DNA of 64,000 nucleotides from assembly GCA_038250235.1 (NCBI GenBank), contig JBBSCO010000007.1:1477-65476 (forward strand), given 5' to 3'. Each line of letters opens with the position of its first letter. Position 1 is the stretch's first letter. The DNA is from Candidatus Methylacidiphilales bacterium (GTDB lineage Bacteria > Verrucomicrobiota > Verrucomicrobiia > Methylacidiphilales > JAAUTS01). Positions 18,256-28,400 of the stretch are shown one piece after another. Under the pieces are notes generated by a model. The model did not search any database, was not told where the DNA came from, and saw only the letters and a list, made by a program, of their open reading frames with translations. Made by a program: the position numbers and the translations under genes.

Positions 18256-19131
18256 ATGAAAGAGCAGGAACCGAAATTGGTCTATGTGCTGCCGAATCTG
18301 ATGACGGCGGGGAACCTGATCTGCGGGTTCATGGCCATTTTGAAAATTTTTGAAGGGACGATCCAGCGGGTCAATTTTGCCGAGGGTTGGTGGCATCACT
18401 ATGAGATGAGCCTCTTTTTTATCCTGGGGGCTTTTATTTTTGATATGCTGGACGGGCGTGTGGCGAGGCTTGGAGGTCAGGAAAGTCCCTTCGGGCGAGA
18501 ATTTGATTCCTTGGCCGACATTGTGTCCTTCGGCGTGGCACCGGCACTGCTGGTGTTCAAGATTGTGTTGTTTGAGTTGCCGAACCGTGTGGGCTGGGTG
18601 ATTGCCGCGATTTATCTGGCCTGTGGAGCGTTGAGACTGGCCCGGTTTAATGTGCTGGCGGCCTTGCCCAATAAAAATGCCCTGAAGGAATTTACCGGGT
18701 TTCCGATTCCGGCTGCGGCGGGACTGATTGCTTCCATTACCATGTTGCTTTTGGATGTGTATGAGGCGGAGCGTGAGATAGGTCCCTGGAAGTATGTGCT
18801 GGCGGTGTTGATGGTTTTCCTGAGCTTCATGATGTTCAGCAAATTCAAGTATCCCAGTTTCAAAGCCCTGGATTTCCGCGCGCAGCGCCCGATTCCCAAG
18901 TTGTTGTTGTTTATTTTCTTTGCCTGTGTGGTGCTGGTGTTCTACCGCTACAGCCTGGCCATCTGTTTTACCGGCTATTTGATTTATGGATTTGTCAGGC
19001 CGTATATATCGCGGGCCTGGCGACCGGATTTTGATGATGATGATGATTCCGAAGATCGTGAAGCCCCGGACGACGGCACAGCGTCGTTAAATGTTAAAGA
19101 CGGCCCTCCAGCACCCCCGGAAAAATTTTAA
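18256..19131 (+). CDS. pssA: CDP-diacylglycerol--serine O-phosphatidyltransferase
   Basis: The CDP-alcohol phosphatidyltransferase motif is DMLDGRVARLGGQESPFGREFDSLADIVSFGVAP. The ATG at 18256 follows the psd stop by 4 nt. The track ORF begins at 18223. Confidence 0.85.
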   Translation: MKEQEPKLVYVLPNLMTAGNLICGFMAILKIFEGTIQRVNFAEGWWHHYEMSLFFILGAFIFDMLDGRVARLGGQESPFGREFDSLADIVSFGVAPALLVFKIVLFELPNRVGWVIAAIYLACGALRLARFNVLAALPNKNALKEFTGFPIPAAAGLIASITMLLLDVYEAEREIGPWKYVLAVLMVFLSFMMFSKFKYPSFKALDFRAQRPIPKLLLFIFFACVVLVFYRYSLAICFTGYLIYGFVRPYISRAWRPDFDDDDDSEDREAPDDGTASLNVKDGPPAPPEKF

Positions 19132-19171
19132 ATCTTGGTCGAATAATCCCCTCAAACTCTCACTGTTTGCC

Positions 19172-19443
19172 TTACTAATAGGTTCGTGGGATCGACTACA
19201 GTCGCGGCGGGAGATTTTGTTTCTGGCCAAGGCGCGGGGAGCGGGCATCCCCGCAGGGGGCCGTGAGCGGGGAGCAACACCGGCCAGGGGCAAAAGCTCC
19301 CCCGCCCTACGGGTTGAGCCTGTGGAACCCACATGCTGCGTTGCTTCCCAGTCACAGGTCCAGTGGACATGCTCCTTCGCCGCGCCTTGCCTGCGACTTC
19401 CACAGACTCAACGACTGTAGTCCATCCCACGGATCTATTAGTA
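19172..19443 (-). mobile_element. MITE-like element, copy 2 (inverted relative to copy 1)
   Basis: The reverse complement aligns end to end with 16325-16596, with about 14 differences in 272 nt by eye. It has the same terminal inverted repeats and TA flanks. It is intergenic, 40 nt after the pssA stop and 64 nt before the next start. Confidence 0.7.
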
Positions 19444-19507
19444 TATCCTTTGGTTTAGCGTTTTCTTCGTCTTGCGGGTTGGCTAAGATAGATTATCATT
19501 TCCACCC

Positions 19508-20509
19508 ATGACTAAAAATGAACAAGAATCCCTCGCTGTTATTGCTCTCTCGGCGGCTTTGATTGATGGCAGTAAGTCCGAAGCGGAACGGGCCGAAGTA
19601 AGACAAATCTTTGAAAACCTCGATCTTCCTTCCGCCTCCGGGTTGACCCAGCAGGTGCTATACAAAAAGCTGACTTGGGAAAGTGCCGCCGATTATCTGA
19701 CCACCGCAGAGTCACGGCAATTGGCCTTTGAGCTGGCGGTCTGCGTCTGCGAAGCCGATGGATTGCGCAATCAGGAGGAATCGAAGTTTCTCAGTGCCCT
19801 TAGTAGTCGGTTAAAACTAGGAGAATCTGTGGTCAATCCCGTCCTGGCTCAAGGCGATGCCCTGGCAACGGCGGCCCCATTGCCGCAAGCTAACCACCAG
19901 CCTGTGTCAGGTGGCGGGGATTCCTCCCTCAGTGCCACGAGATCCGAGGCAGTTCCTTCTCCCGGGGTGGCCCAATCGCTCGGAGTCGCGGCGATGCCGG
20001 AAAGTTCGATTCGTAACACTGCAATTTTAGCCGGAGCTTTAGAGCTGCTGCCGCAATCGATGGCCACGCTGGCGATCCTGCCCGTGCAGACCCATTTGGT
20101 TTATCGCGTCGGAAAACATTACGGCTATTCGTTGGATGGAAGTCACGTAAAAGAATTTCTCGCCGTGGGGGGCCTGGGGTTGGCCTCTCAAGCCCTGGAA
20201 GGTCTGGCCCGCAAATTTCTGGGTGGGCTGGCCAAGAAGGCGGGGGGCTCGTTACTCGGCGGCATGGTCTCAGGAGCCACCGGGCCTGCCATGACCTTTG
20301 GCACAACTTACGCCATGGGGAAGTTGGCGGATCGCTATTATGGTCAGGGCAGGAAATTACCGCTTGATCAGCTTCGCACCACTTTTCAAGGCTTGCTTGG
20401 CCAAGCTCAGGGGTTAGGGCAAACTCTCCTGCCACAAATCCAAGCCCGCTCGCGGTCACTTTCTCCGTTTGATTTGACCAAGATTGCGCAAGGTTCCCTC
20501 CAGCAGTGA
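19508..20509 (+). CDS. Hypothetical protein with TerB-like N-terminal domain and Gly-rich C-terminal domain
   Basis: The N-terminus LAVIALSAALIDGSKSEAERAEVRQIFENL and CVCEADGLRNQEESKFLSAL resemble the TerB tellurite-resistance fold. The C-terminal half is Gly/Ala-rich and amphipathic, possibly DUF697-like. This is a by-eye judgement only. Confidence 0.4.
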   Translation: MTKNEQESLAVIALSAALIDGSKSEAERAEVRQIFENLDLPSASGLTQQVLYKKLTWESAADYLTTAESRQLAFELAVCVCEADGLRNQEESKFLSALSSRLKLGESVVNPVLAQGDALATAAPLPQANHQPVSGGGDSSLSATRSEAVPSPGVAQSLGVAAMPESSIRNTAILAGALELLPQSMATLAILPVQTHLVYRVGKHYGYSLDGSHVKEFLAVGGLGLASQALEGLARKFLGGLAKKAGGSLLGGMVSGATGPAMTFGTTYAMGKLADRYYGQGRKLPLDQLRTTFQGLLGQAQGLGQTLLPQIQARSRSLSPFDLTKIAQGSLQQ

Positions 20510-21483
20510 GGGCAGTCTTCCCCCCCTCGATTCCTTGTGACCTGTGTGGTTCCACAGACGAAGACGAGCTTAGCCTGACAGACCGCGGAGGTAACTATCT
20601 ACGCACGATGATTTGCCGCCGCTGCGGTTTGGTCTATTCCTACCCGCGTCCGGGTCCGGAAGAGGTTCGCGATTACTATCAGCACAGTTACCGCATGGAT
20701 TACAAGGCCACCTTCCAGCCGAAGCCGAAGCACGTTTACCGGGCGGGCAAGGTTGCCTTGGCCAGGTTCCGCAGACTAGCGCCGATTCTCAAGCAGGGAA
20801 ATCGTGTGCTGGACTTTGGCGCGGGCAGCGGCGAAGTCGTTTTCGTGTTGCGAGCGATGGGCTATGAGGCTTCTGGTTTCGAGCCCAATGGCGGTTATGC
20901 CCAATTCGCATCTGAAGTTCTCGGTCTGCCCGTTACTCACAACTTCTATCAAGAGGCCCGTATTGAGCCAGAGTCACAAGACTTCATCACGGCCTTCCAT
21001 GTCCTGGAGCACTTGGAAAGCCCATACGATGCACTGAGGCACATGAGCCAGTGGTTGCGGCCCGGCGGTCAGGTGATGGTGGACGTGCCCAATGTCGAGG
21101 CGGTTTGCCAGTGGCCCCGCAGCCGGTTTCATCGGGCACATCTCTATAATTTTAGTCCGGCTGCTATCGATATGCTCGGGAGGAAGGTGGGCTACAACGT
21201 GGTCAGCAGTTCGGTCTCCGCCGATGGCGGCAATATCACGGTGGTTTTTCAGAAAGGAGGAACAGCGCCCCCGGTGTCAGGAGAGATTCCCGGCAACTAC
21301 GAGCGCGTTAGTTCCCTCGTGCGCTGTCACACTGCGCTGCGGCACCTGCTCAGTCGCTATCCTTACACGCGGCCGTTCCGTAAGATCGCGGAACGTCTGG
21401 AGGAGCTGCGGGCCGTTAGGAAGACGATGTCGGCGAGAGAGATCCTCGATGGTTTGATTGCGGGTGAGCTGCGCGATGGATAA
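20506..21483 (+). CDS. Class I SAM-dependent methyltransferase with N-terminal Cys4 zinc ribbon
   Basis: The zinc ribbon is CDLCGS...CRRCG. SAM motif I is VLDFGAGSGEVVFVLRAMGYEASGFEPN. The GTG start overlaps the upstream stop (GTGA). Confidence 0.7.
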   Translation: MRAVFPPSIPCDLCGSTDEDELSLTDRGGNYLRTMICRRCGLVYSYPRPGPEEVRDYYQHSYRMDYKATFQPKPKHVYRAGKVALARFRRLAPILKQGNRVLDFGAGSGEVVFVLRAMGYEASGFEPNGGYAQFASEVLGLPVTHNFYQEARIEPESQDFITAFHVLEHLESPYDALRHMSQWLRPGGQVMVDVPNVEAVCQWPRSRFHRAHLYNFSPAAIDMLGRKVGYNVVSSSVSADGGNITVVFQKGGTAPPVSGEIPGNYERVSSLVRCHTALRHLLSRYPYTRPFRKIAERLEELRAVRKTMSAREILDGLIAGELRDG

Positions 21484-21520
21484 TGTCAGATAATGGTTGA
21501 TCCCCATTTCTCAAAAAGTC

Positions 21521-22423
21521 TCAGCGGTAAAGGCTTTCCATTTTTTTACGTTCTTGTTCAAGGGCATCCTCGATTTTTCTCATATCCTTGCTTTTTTCCG
21601 CTTCGCTGCGGCGGTCACCGACGGTTTCCTTGATTTTACTTTCGTTTTCCTTCTGGGCGCGGGGATTGAGGAAGAGATGGACGCGGCGCATCAGGCCGTC
21701 GTTGTCCTGGTGGAACGTGGGGCGGTAGATATAAAAATCGCCGGGACCGGTTTTCTCCGGCGGGCGTAGTGAATCCTGCAGTTCCCGGATGACGGGAGGC
21801 TGGGAGACTTCGCCAGATTCGGATTTTAGAAGATCCTGGGAAGGCCCTGGGCGGGGTATTTCCCGGTAAGCGACGTAGACATGATCGACAGGGACGGCAT
21901 TTTTCAGCAGCGTTTCCGTGGTGGCATTGTCGGCGAAATCTTCCGGTTTGAGCGCATCTTTGATTTTGGTCAGGGGCACAAAATTCCATTCGGAGGGATC
22001 ACTGCGGCGATCGGTCTCGGATTCCAGAAGATTGCTGAAGCGATCGAGTTTGCTGGGGCGCCAGCCGAGATAAGTGCCGCTTTGCAGCCATTCGACCGAG
22101 GCAGGAAGCCATTGACGTTCAGGTATCCAGACCCAGCCTGCAGTGTTTTTTTTGCTCCAGGTTCCATAATGGTCGGTGGCCCAGGATCCGGGGTTGCGCC
22201 CTTCCCAAGTCCATCCGTAGTCGGTGTATAACCAGCGGCCTTCGCGCAAGGGTCGCCATTGGGGAGAAGTGGAAACGGGGCGAAAGGCGTAACTTTCCCC
22301 GCCGATGGATTCCCATGTCCCCGAGGGTTTGAGGGTTTCGATCACCAGATCGAAATCAATGACGGGGCGCTGGATGCTGCTGACGGTGGTAAGTAGGATG
22401 AGGGGAAAGACTTTGAACAGCAT
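21521..22423 (-). CDS. Secreted Trp-rich repeat protein (YxWGxW/DUF6600-like), hypothetical
   Basis: The protein has a signal-like N-terminus and GRWLYTDYGWTWEGRNPGSWATDHYGTWSKKNTAGWVWIP. The C-terminal tail is charged and predicted coiled. Confidence 0.4.
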   Translation of the reverse strand: MLFKVFPLILLTTVSSIQRPVIDFDLVIETLKPSGTWESIGGESYAFRPVSTSPQWRPLREGRWLYTDYGWTWEGRNPGSWATDHYGTWSKKNTAGWVWIPERQWLPASVEWLQSGTYLGWRPSKLDRFSNLLESETDRRSDPSEWNFVPLTKIKDALKPEDFADNATTETLLKNAVPVDHVYVAYREIPRPGPSQDLLKSESGEVSQPPVIRELQDSLRPPEKTGPGDFYIYRPTFHQDNDGLMRRVHLFLNPRAQKENESKIKETVGDRRSEAEKSKDMRKIEDALEQERKKMESLYR

Positions 22424-22513
22424 GGGGTCAGCTTAACGAAGGCCGTGTGTGAACCAAGTCAGAAATGTGTGAAGGGTGGTGACAGTTATGGGTTCAGCGT
22501 TTCGGGTTTTTGG

Positions 22514-22962
22514 CTAAAATAAGATCTGTGGGGCCTGGCCGGGGTGCCAAGGGTTTTGTTGAAAGGCTGATTTTTCCAGGGACAGCACTGTGTTTTTCCA
22601 GAGATTGCGGACTGGATTCAGGTTTAGTTGGAGGTGGGGGCTTGCGTAAGGGGTAAGATTGTTCAGGGCAAGTTGGAGGAGTCGTCCGGCGGGGGCGAGG
22701 CGTGCGCCATGGACGCGGTGGGTGGGGAATTGGTGATGGAGTTTAAGGTGGACGAAAGCTCCTGCTCCCTGGATCAGACCTTTATAAAAAGAGTAGTTGG
22801 GGCCTTGTTTGCCCTCGGCCAACCAAAGTTCCTCCAAAACATCGTGGGCTTCGTAGTAGTCCTGGCGGTTGAAACATGCAAAATAGCCGAGGTAGTGGGG
22901 ATCCAGGCCCGGGCGTTGAAGGTTCCGGATCAGTCCGGCGATTTTGGGCGATTTCTTGCTCA
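22514..22962 (-). CDS. DUF309-domain protein
   Basis: YFACFNRQDYYEAHDVLEELWL is the DUF309 signature. I place the start at the GTG at 22962-22960 (MSKKSPKIAG...). The track ORF start at 23131 would overlap the upstream cyclase gene by 130 nt. Confidence 0.6.
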
Positions 22963-23001
22963 CAGATAAGGTTCCAGCCGGGATGAGGGTGTGGCATCCA
23001 C

Positions 23002-25218
23002 CTATTTGGTATTCAAGGTCATAACGCCATCCCAATCCACAGGGGGGGGATTTTGCTGAAAGCCACGGGATTCGGAAAGGTATTCCAGTGTGCAGAAATC
23101 GTCCGGTCTGGCGGCGGCGCATTGTTCCCACAGTCTGGTGGCTTTGTCAAAATCCCGCAGGAGAAAGGCGTCGAAGGCTTCTTCATAGCCGCTGACCCAG
23201 CTATCTTCCCACTGGCGAAGAGGGTTGTCGAAGGCTTCGAGGACTTCGTAGGCGCGAACCGGTTTGGTTTTGCCTTTCACTACGAGCACACCAACGGAAC
23301 GGATCAGAAACTCGCCTTTGAGGAATTGCTGTAGGGTTTCGCCCACCACAAAATCGGTGTGGAATTGTTTGGTTACGCCTTCTAGGCGGGACGCGAGGTT
23401 GACGGCGTCGCCGATGACGGTGAATTCGCGGCGTTGGCTGGCGCCGATGTTACCGACGAGGACGTTACCGTGGTTGAGACCGATGCCGATATTGAAGGCG
23501 GGGCGGTTTTCCGACTTCCAGCGTTCATTAAGAAGGGCAAGTTGCTCGCGCATGGCGAGGGAACAGCGCACGGCGTTGCGGGCGTCGTCGCGCGGGGAGC
23601 TGGAAACAACGTCGCCCCAGACTGCCATGACGGCGTCGCCGATGTATTTATGGAGGGTGCCCTGATAGCGGTTAACGCATTCGACCATTTGTTCGAAGTA
23701 TTCATTGAGCTGGACAACCAGTTCTTCTTCGCCGAGGGCTTCGCTGATGGAGGTGAAGCCGCGGATGTCGGAGAAGAGGATGGTGACGGGTTTGCGGACG
23801 CCGCCGAGCTTGATGTTTTCCTCGCTGTTGAGGAGCTGGTTCATGACGCTGGGGGCGATGTAGGAGGCGAAGACGCTTTTGATCTGCTGTTTGGAGCGGA
23901 GTTCATCGATCCAGCTGATGAAGAAGGAGCCGAGGTGGAGGATGAGGAATCCGAGGGAGGGCCAGACGAGAGGGGTTAGGAGGTTGTGGTAGTTGAAGGC
24001 GTAAAGGCAGAAGCCGAAATAGAGGCCCAAGGTTATGAAGGGAACCGCCAGGGTGATACGGATGTTCTTTTTATGGAGGCCGATCAGGGTGATCCAGCAA
24101 AGCAGCAGAAAGCCCAAGGCCGTTGCGCCTACGGGAGCAACGCGCAGGTAGTCATTCTGGAGGATATTGTTCAGGGCAAAGAAATGTGTGAAGACAGGCG
24201 GGGAGGAGGAACTGATGGGGGTGGAGGCCAATTCCATCAGTCCGGAGACAGTGGCCCCCACAAGAATAATGCGGTCTTTGATCAAAGGGAACTCGGGCGG
24301 GAGTTCCTTGTTTTGTTGCTGCTTTTCGTAAAGGGCCTGAAGAGTTGAGGCGAAGGAGAAAGACGGGAATTCGAGGTTGGGACGATAATTCAGAAGGAGT
24401 TCGCCACGTTCATTGATCGGAATGCGGATCTCCTTCTTTTCCGTAGGAAGAATCAGGGCTTTCCCCAGTTCAACACGAACAGCAGAAGGATCTATCTTGA
24501 GATGACGAAGCAGGATTTGGGTGACAAAAGAGGGGTAAATATCACGGCCAACCCGGATGATTAGGGGCATTTTTCGGCGAATGGAGTCAGATCCTACCGA
24601 AACTGTATCGGTAAAGCCGAAAAAGGACTCGTATCTAAGTAGGGCCAGGGGGGTAAGGGCCAGATTACTGTCCTCAATACCTGGAACAAGCTTGGGGTTT
24701 CCTTTAACTTGGGGAAGAGGCTGCGTTTTTCCAAAATCGATCGTGCCCGGCCGGTTTTGCGGTGACTGTCCGCTTTGGGCAAAGGCAGAGAGGACAACCT
24801 TTCCGTTTTTACGGAGGCTTTCCGCGAAGAATTTGTTGGCCTGCTCCTCCCTCACGCTCGCGGCCAGGAAGCGGTCACGTTTTTCTTCGCGGCGGTCTGT
24901 GAAGAGGATGTCGAAGGCGACCACAGAAGGTTGTTCTGGATCCAAAAGGTAAAGCAGGTCGCCATGGTAATTGCGGGGCCAGGGCCAGCCGCCGAAACGG
25001 TCGAGGGAGGCTTGGTCGATGTTGACCAGAAGGAGGGAAGGATCGACTTTGCTTCCCAAGGCGGGGCGGTTGTCAAAACGCCAATCAACGGTGATATTCT
25101 CGAGCCGTGCAATGAAGGCCTGCTCGTAAAAAAGGGCGTAAAGCGAGAGAGCGGCGAGAGGAGCCAACAGCCCGTAGCTGTTTTTCTTTAGGTATTTCAA
25201 GACTCGATTCAACTCCAT
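23002..25218 (-). CDS. Adenylate/guanylate cyclase with periplasmic CHASE2 sensor domain
   Basis: The 738-aa product has an N-terminal transmembrane helix and a roughly 330-aa extracytoplasmic region with CHASE2-like features. A cluster of transmembrane helices follows, then the class III cyclase motifs VTILFSDIRGFTSISE, KYIGDAVMAVWG and TVIGDAVNLASRLEG. Confidence 0.8.
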   Translation of the reverse strand: MELNRVLKYLKKNSYGLLAPLAALSLYALFYEQAFIARLENITVDWRFDNRPALGSKVDPSLLLVNIDQASLDRFGGWPWPRNYHGDLLYLLDPEQPSVVAFDILFTDRREEKRDRFLAASVREEQANKFFAESLRKNGKVVLSAFAQSGQSPQNRPGTIDFGKTQPLPQVKGNPKLVPGIEDSNLALTPLALLRYESFFGFTDTVSVGSDSIRRKMPLIIRVGRDIYPSFVTQILLRHLKIDPSAVRVELGKALILPTEKKEIRIPINERGELLLNYRPNLEFPSFSFASTLQALYEKQQQNKELPPEFPLIKDRIILVGATVSGLMELASTPISSSSPPVFTHFFALNNILQNDYLRVAPVGATALGFLLLCWITLIGLHKKNIRITLAVPFITLGLYFGFCLYAFNYHNLLTPLVWPSLGFLILHLGSFFISWIDELRSKQQIKSVFASYIAPSVMNQLLNSEENIKLGGVRKPVTILFSDIRGFTSISEALGEEELVVQLNEYFEQMVECVNRYQGTLHKYIGDAVMAVWGDVVSSSPRDDARNAVRCSLAMREQLALLNERWKSENRPAFNIGIGLNHGNVLVGNIGASQRREFTVIGDAVNLASRLEGVTKQFHTDFVVGETLQQFLKGEFLIRSVGVLVVKGKTKPVRAYEVLEAFDNPLRQWEDSWVSGYEEAFDAFLLRDFDKATRLWEQCAAARPDDFCTLEYLSESRGFQQNPPPVDWDGVMTLNTK

Positions 25219-25494
25219 ACACCCCTGAGTTACTCATAGGCTCTCAGATAATCAAGCACAAGACCTCGCCGGACATGCAAAAGACAGGTAAGGAAAGAGA
25301 GTATTTTACATAAAAATAGGTAATAAACTCTTAAAGGAAAGGACTTTTGTGGAAATCGGTCTGATAGGATCATCTTTGTGTATAAAGTCCTGTCTAATCA
25401 CCTCGACAAAAGTTCTAATTTCAGAGGAAATAGAAACTTCAGGGACGTGCTTTTTTATGGATCAACAAAGGCAGCGAAACTTCCCCCTAGTCCT
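25219..25494. promoter_or_regulatory. AT-rich divergent intergenic region between the CHASE2 cyclase gene and tpsA
   Basis: This 276-bp spacer is visibly more AT-rich than its flanks (for example TATTTTACATAAAAATAGGTAATAAACTC). It must hold the promoters of both divergent units. I can assign no specific boxes with confidence. Confidence 0.3.
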
Positions 25495-28400
25495 ATGAAA
25501 AAAGCAAACAGAACAGGAGAAAGATTGTTGCGTGCGGCTGTCGTGCTCTTGTTTGCCTGTATGGTCAATGCTCCCTTCGCCTTGAAAGCCAATCCCCAGG
25601 GTGAACAGGTTGTGGCAGGTTCGGCAACCTTTGACCGTTCCGCAGATCGATTGAACATTACCACTAGCAACCAGGTAATCATCAACTGGCAGGATTTTTC
25701 CGTAGGCCAGAACGAGACGACGCAGTTTATCCAGCCCGGCAGCAGTTCGGTGGCGGTCAACCGGGTGGTGACGGGCAATCCTTCCGCGATCTATGGCAAT
25801 CTGATCGGAAACGGGCAGATCATTCTCATCAACCCCAACGGTGTCATGGTGGGATCCGGTGGCAAGGTGGATACGGGAGGCTTTCTGGCTTCGACATTGG
25901 ACATGCCGAACGGCTCTTTTTTCAACGGCCAGGATTGGCGTTTCAGTGGAAATTCGGAAGCATCAATCATTAACAACGGTCAGATCCGGGCCCGGGCTGG
26001 TGATGTGATCATGATCGCCCGCCAAGTGGAGAATCACGGAAGACTCAGTGCTCCGGACGGCGTGGTCGCGTTGGGGGCAGGGGTGGAGGTTTTGGTTTCG
26101 CGCGCAGAAGACGCGGCCCGTCGTATTTATGTTCAGCCCAGTCAGGGACAGGGTGGGAGCAGTATCTGGAACACTGGTTCGGCGGAAGCAATCCAGGTGG
26201 AGTTCGAGGCAGCGGGCAGAAACCCCTTTGCCCTGGCCATCAACAATGAAGGGGTCATACGTGCCACGGGTAGCGTTCAGCGGGAAGGCAGGGTTTTTCT
26301 GGTTTCGAAGGGTGGAACGCTGCAGCACAGTGGCAGCATCTACGCCACGAACAAGGACGGTTCCGGTGGTTACGTCAAACTGATGGGCAAGCCGCAGCAC
26401 GATGTTTCCACGGTTCTTGTTTCCGGAACAATCGAAGCGAAAGGTAATTCACTGCTGGCTGGTGGGAGGTTGGAGATCCTGGGCGACCAGATTGCGCTGA
26501 CAAAAGGGGCTGCCATCACGGTCTCCGGCAAGAATGGCGGAACTGTTTTGGTGGGGGGTGATTACCAGGGAAAGAATCCCGACATCTATAACGCACAGAA
26601 AGTTTTTGTGGGTGAAGGCGTGACCATTTATGCCAATGCTCTGGAGAACGGTGACGGGGGTAAAGTTATTTTCTGGGCGGACGACTGGACGAAGTTTTAT
26701 GGTTATGTCGAAGCACGGGGTGGTGAATTGGCTGGAAATGGGGGTTTTGTGGAAGTTTCGGGGAAGCGCAGCCTTTCCTTTGATGGCGCAGTGGACTTGA
26801 GGGCGGCCTATGGAACGACCGGAACCCTGCTTTTGGATCCTGATAACATCATCATTGCCAATGCCGCTTCTTCCGTAGACGACGGCGAGTTGTCGGATCA
26901 GCAGATTTTCTTTGATGACGGGACGGGAACCTTTACCATTTCCAATACGGCACTGGTGGCCTCTTTGGCCACGGCTAACACACAGCTCCAGGCCAATATT
27001 AAAATCACGGTGAACGGGTCGGTGGTTTCGACGTCAGGGTTTTCTCTGACCCTGCAGGCGCAGCAGATCGAACTGGCGGCCGGTGTGAGCATTTCCCTGG
27101 GCACTGGCACTATTGTGATCGACGCCAATACTGGTGGAACTGCTACAGCCGACAATATTGACGCCTTTCTGATGAATACCGGTTCCCAGCTCGTGACCAG
27201 CTCAGGAAACATTACGGTCGCCTCGATTGGTTCAAGTGGCATTAACAGCCGGGCGATCCGTCTGGATGGTGCTACTATCAGCAGCGTGAGTGGGGCTATC
27301 AATCTCTCCGGCACGGCAGCCGGAACAAATGGGAATAGCCATGCCATCCAGATTCTGGGTGGTTCATCGATTACTTCGACAGGAGCTTCCACGATCGCCT
27401 TGACGGGCATAGGGAATGCCGGGGGGAGTGATGGGGTCCTTTCCGTGGCCGATGCAAACGTCATCGGAGGCCTCAGTGCTTCGGGCAACATCACGATCAC
27501 CACCAACAATTACAACGTGACCAATGCCACACTCCAATCCAGCGGCAATCTTGTCATCAAGGCGGATAGTGCAGCAACAAGCATCGGAGTCGCGGGCGGA
27601 GTCGGAACCCTGAGCATCAGCACAACAGAAATGGAAAAGATTCTCGATGGATTTGCTTCCATTACTTTTGGTGATGTTGTCTCAGGAACGGGCGCAGTGA
27701 CCGTCAATTCGTCCACCTTCACCGATTCCGTGACCTTCGCGGGCGGTGACATGGGTCTGGCAGCGGTGAATGCGGGAAGCAACAACCTGACTCTCCAATC
27801 CAACGCGGGGACGGTCACGCAGAGCGGGGTTCTTACGGCTTCCATGCTGACTTTGAACGGAGCAGGGGGAACCTTCACTCTAAACACCCAAAACAACAAC
27901 GTTACTAATCTAGCCGGTAACACGGGATCCATTACTTTCCGTGATGATAATGGATTCAGCACGGGAATTCTGGCCACGACCGAGAATATCACTCTGGAGA
28001 CCACGGAAAGCCTTATGTTGGGTGGGGCCATCACCAGCTCCAGCGGGGTTATTTCGCTTTCGACCAGTGGAATGGGCAAAAGCCTGACCCTGAGTTCGGG
28101 TGCCGACTTTGTTATGCTGGCCAACACTACAGGAACAGGTTCCATTAGTCAGTTAAACGGGGTTGCTACCAATACGGATTTCAGCGGTTTCGCCTCGATC
28201 AATGGCGGCGATGGTATCGATAGTTTGACTGGCACTGCGACGGGTCAAACCTGGGTGATCACGGCAGCAGACACGGGAACAATCGGTGGATTTGGCTTTG
28301 GTTCATTTGAAAATATCACTGGAGGTGCCGATGTTGACTTCTTTTCCTTCGCCGGAACAGGTTCGCTCAGTGGAACTTTGGCGGGCGGAGGTGGAAGCGA

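Noticed and set aside
22963-23131. The N-terminal extension of the DUF309 ORF.
   Set aside because: It would overlap the 3' end of the CHASE2 cyclase gene by 130 nt on the same strand. The GTG at 22962 gives a normal-length DUF309 protein.
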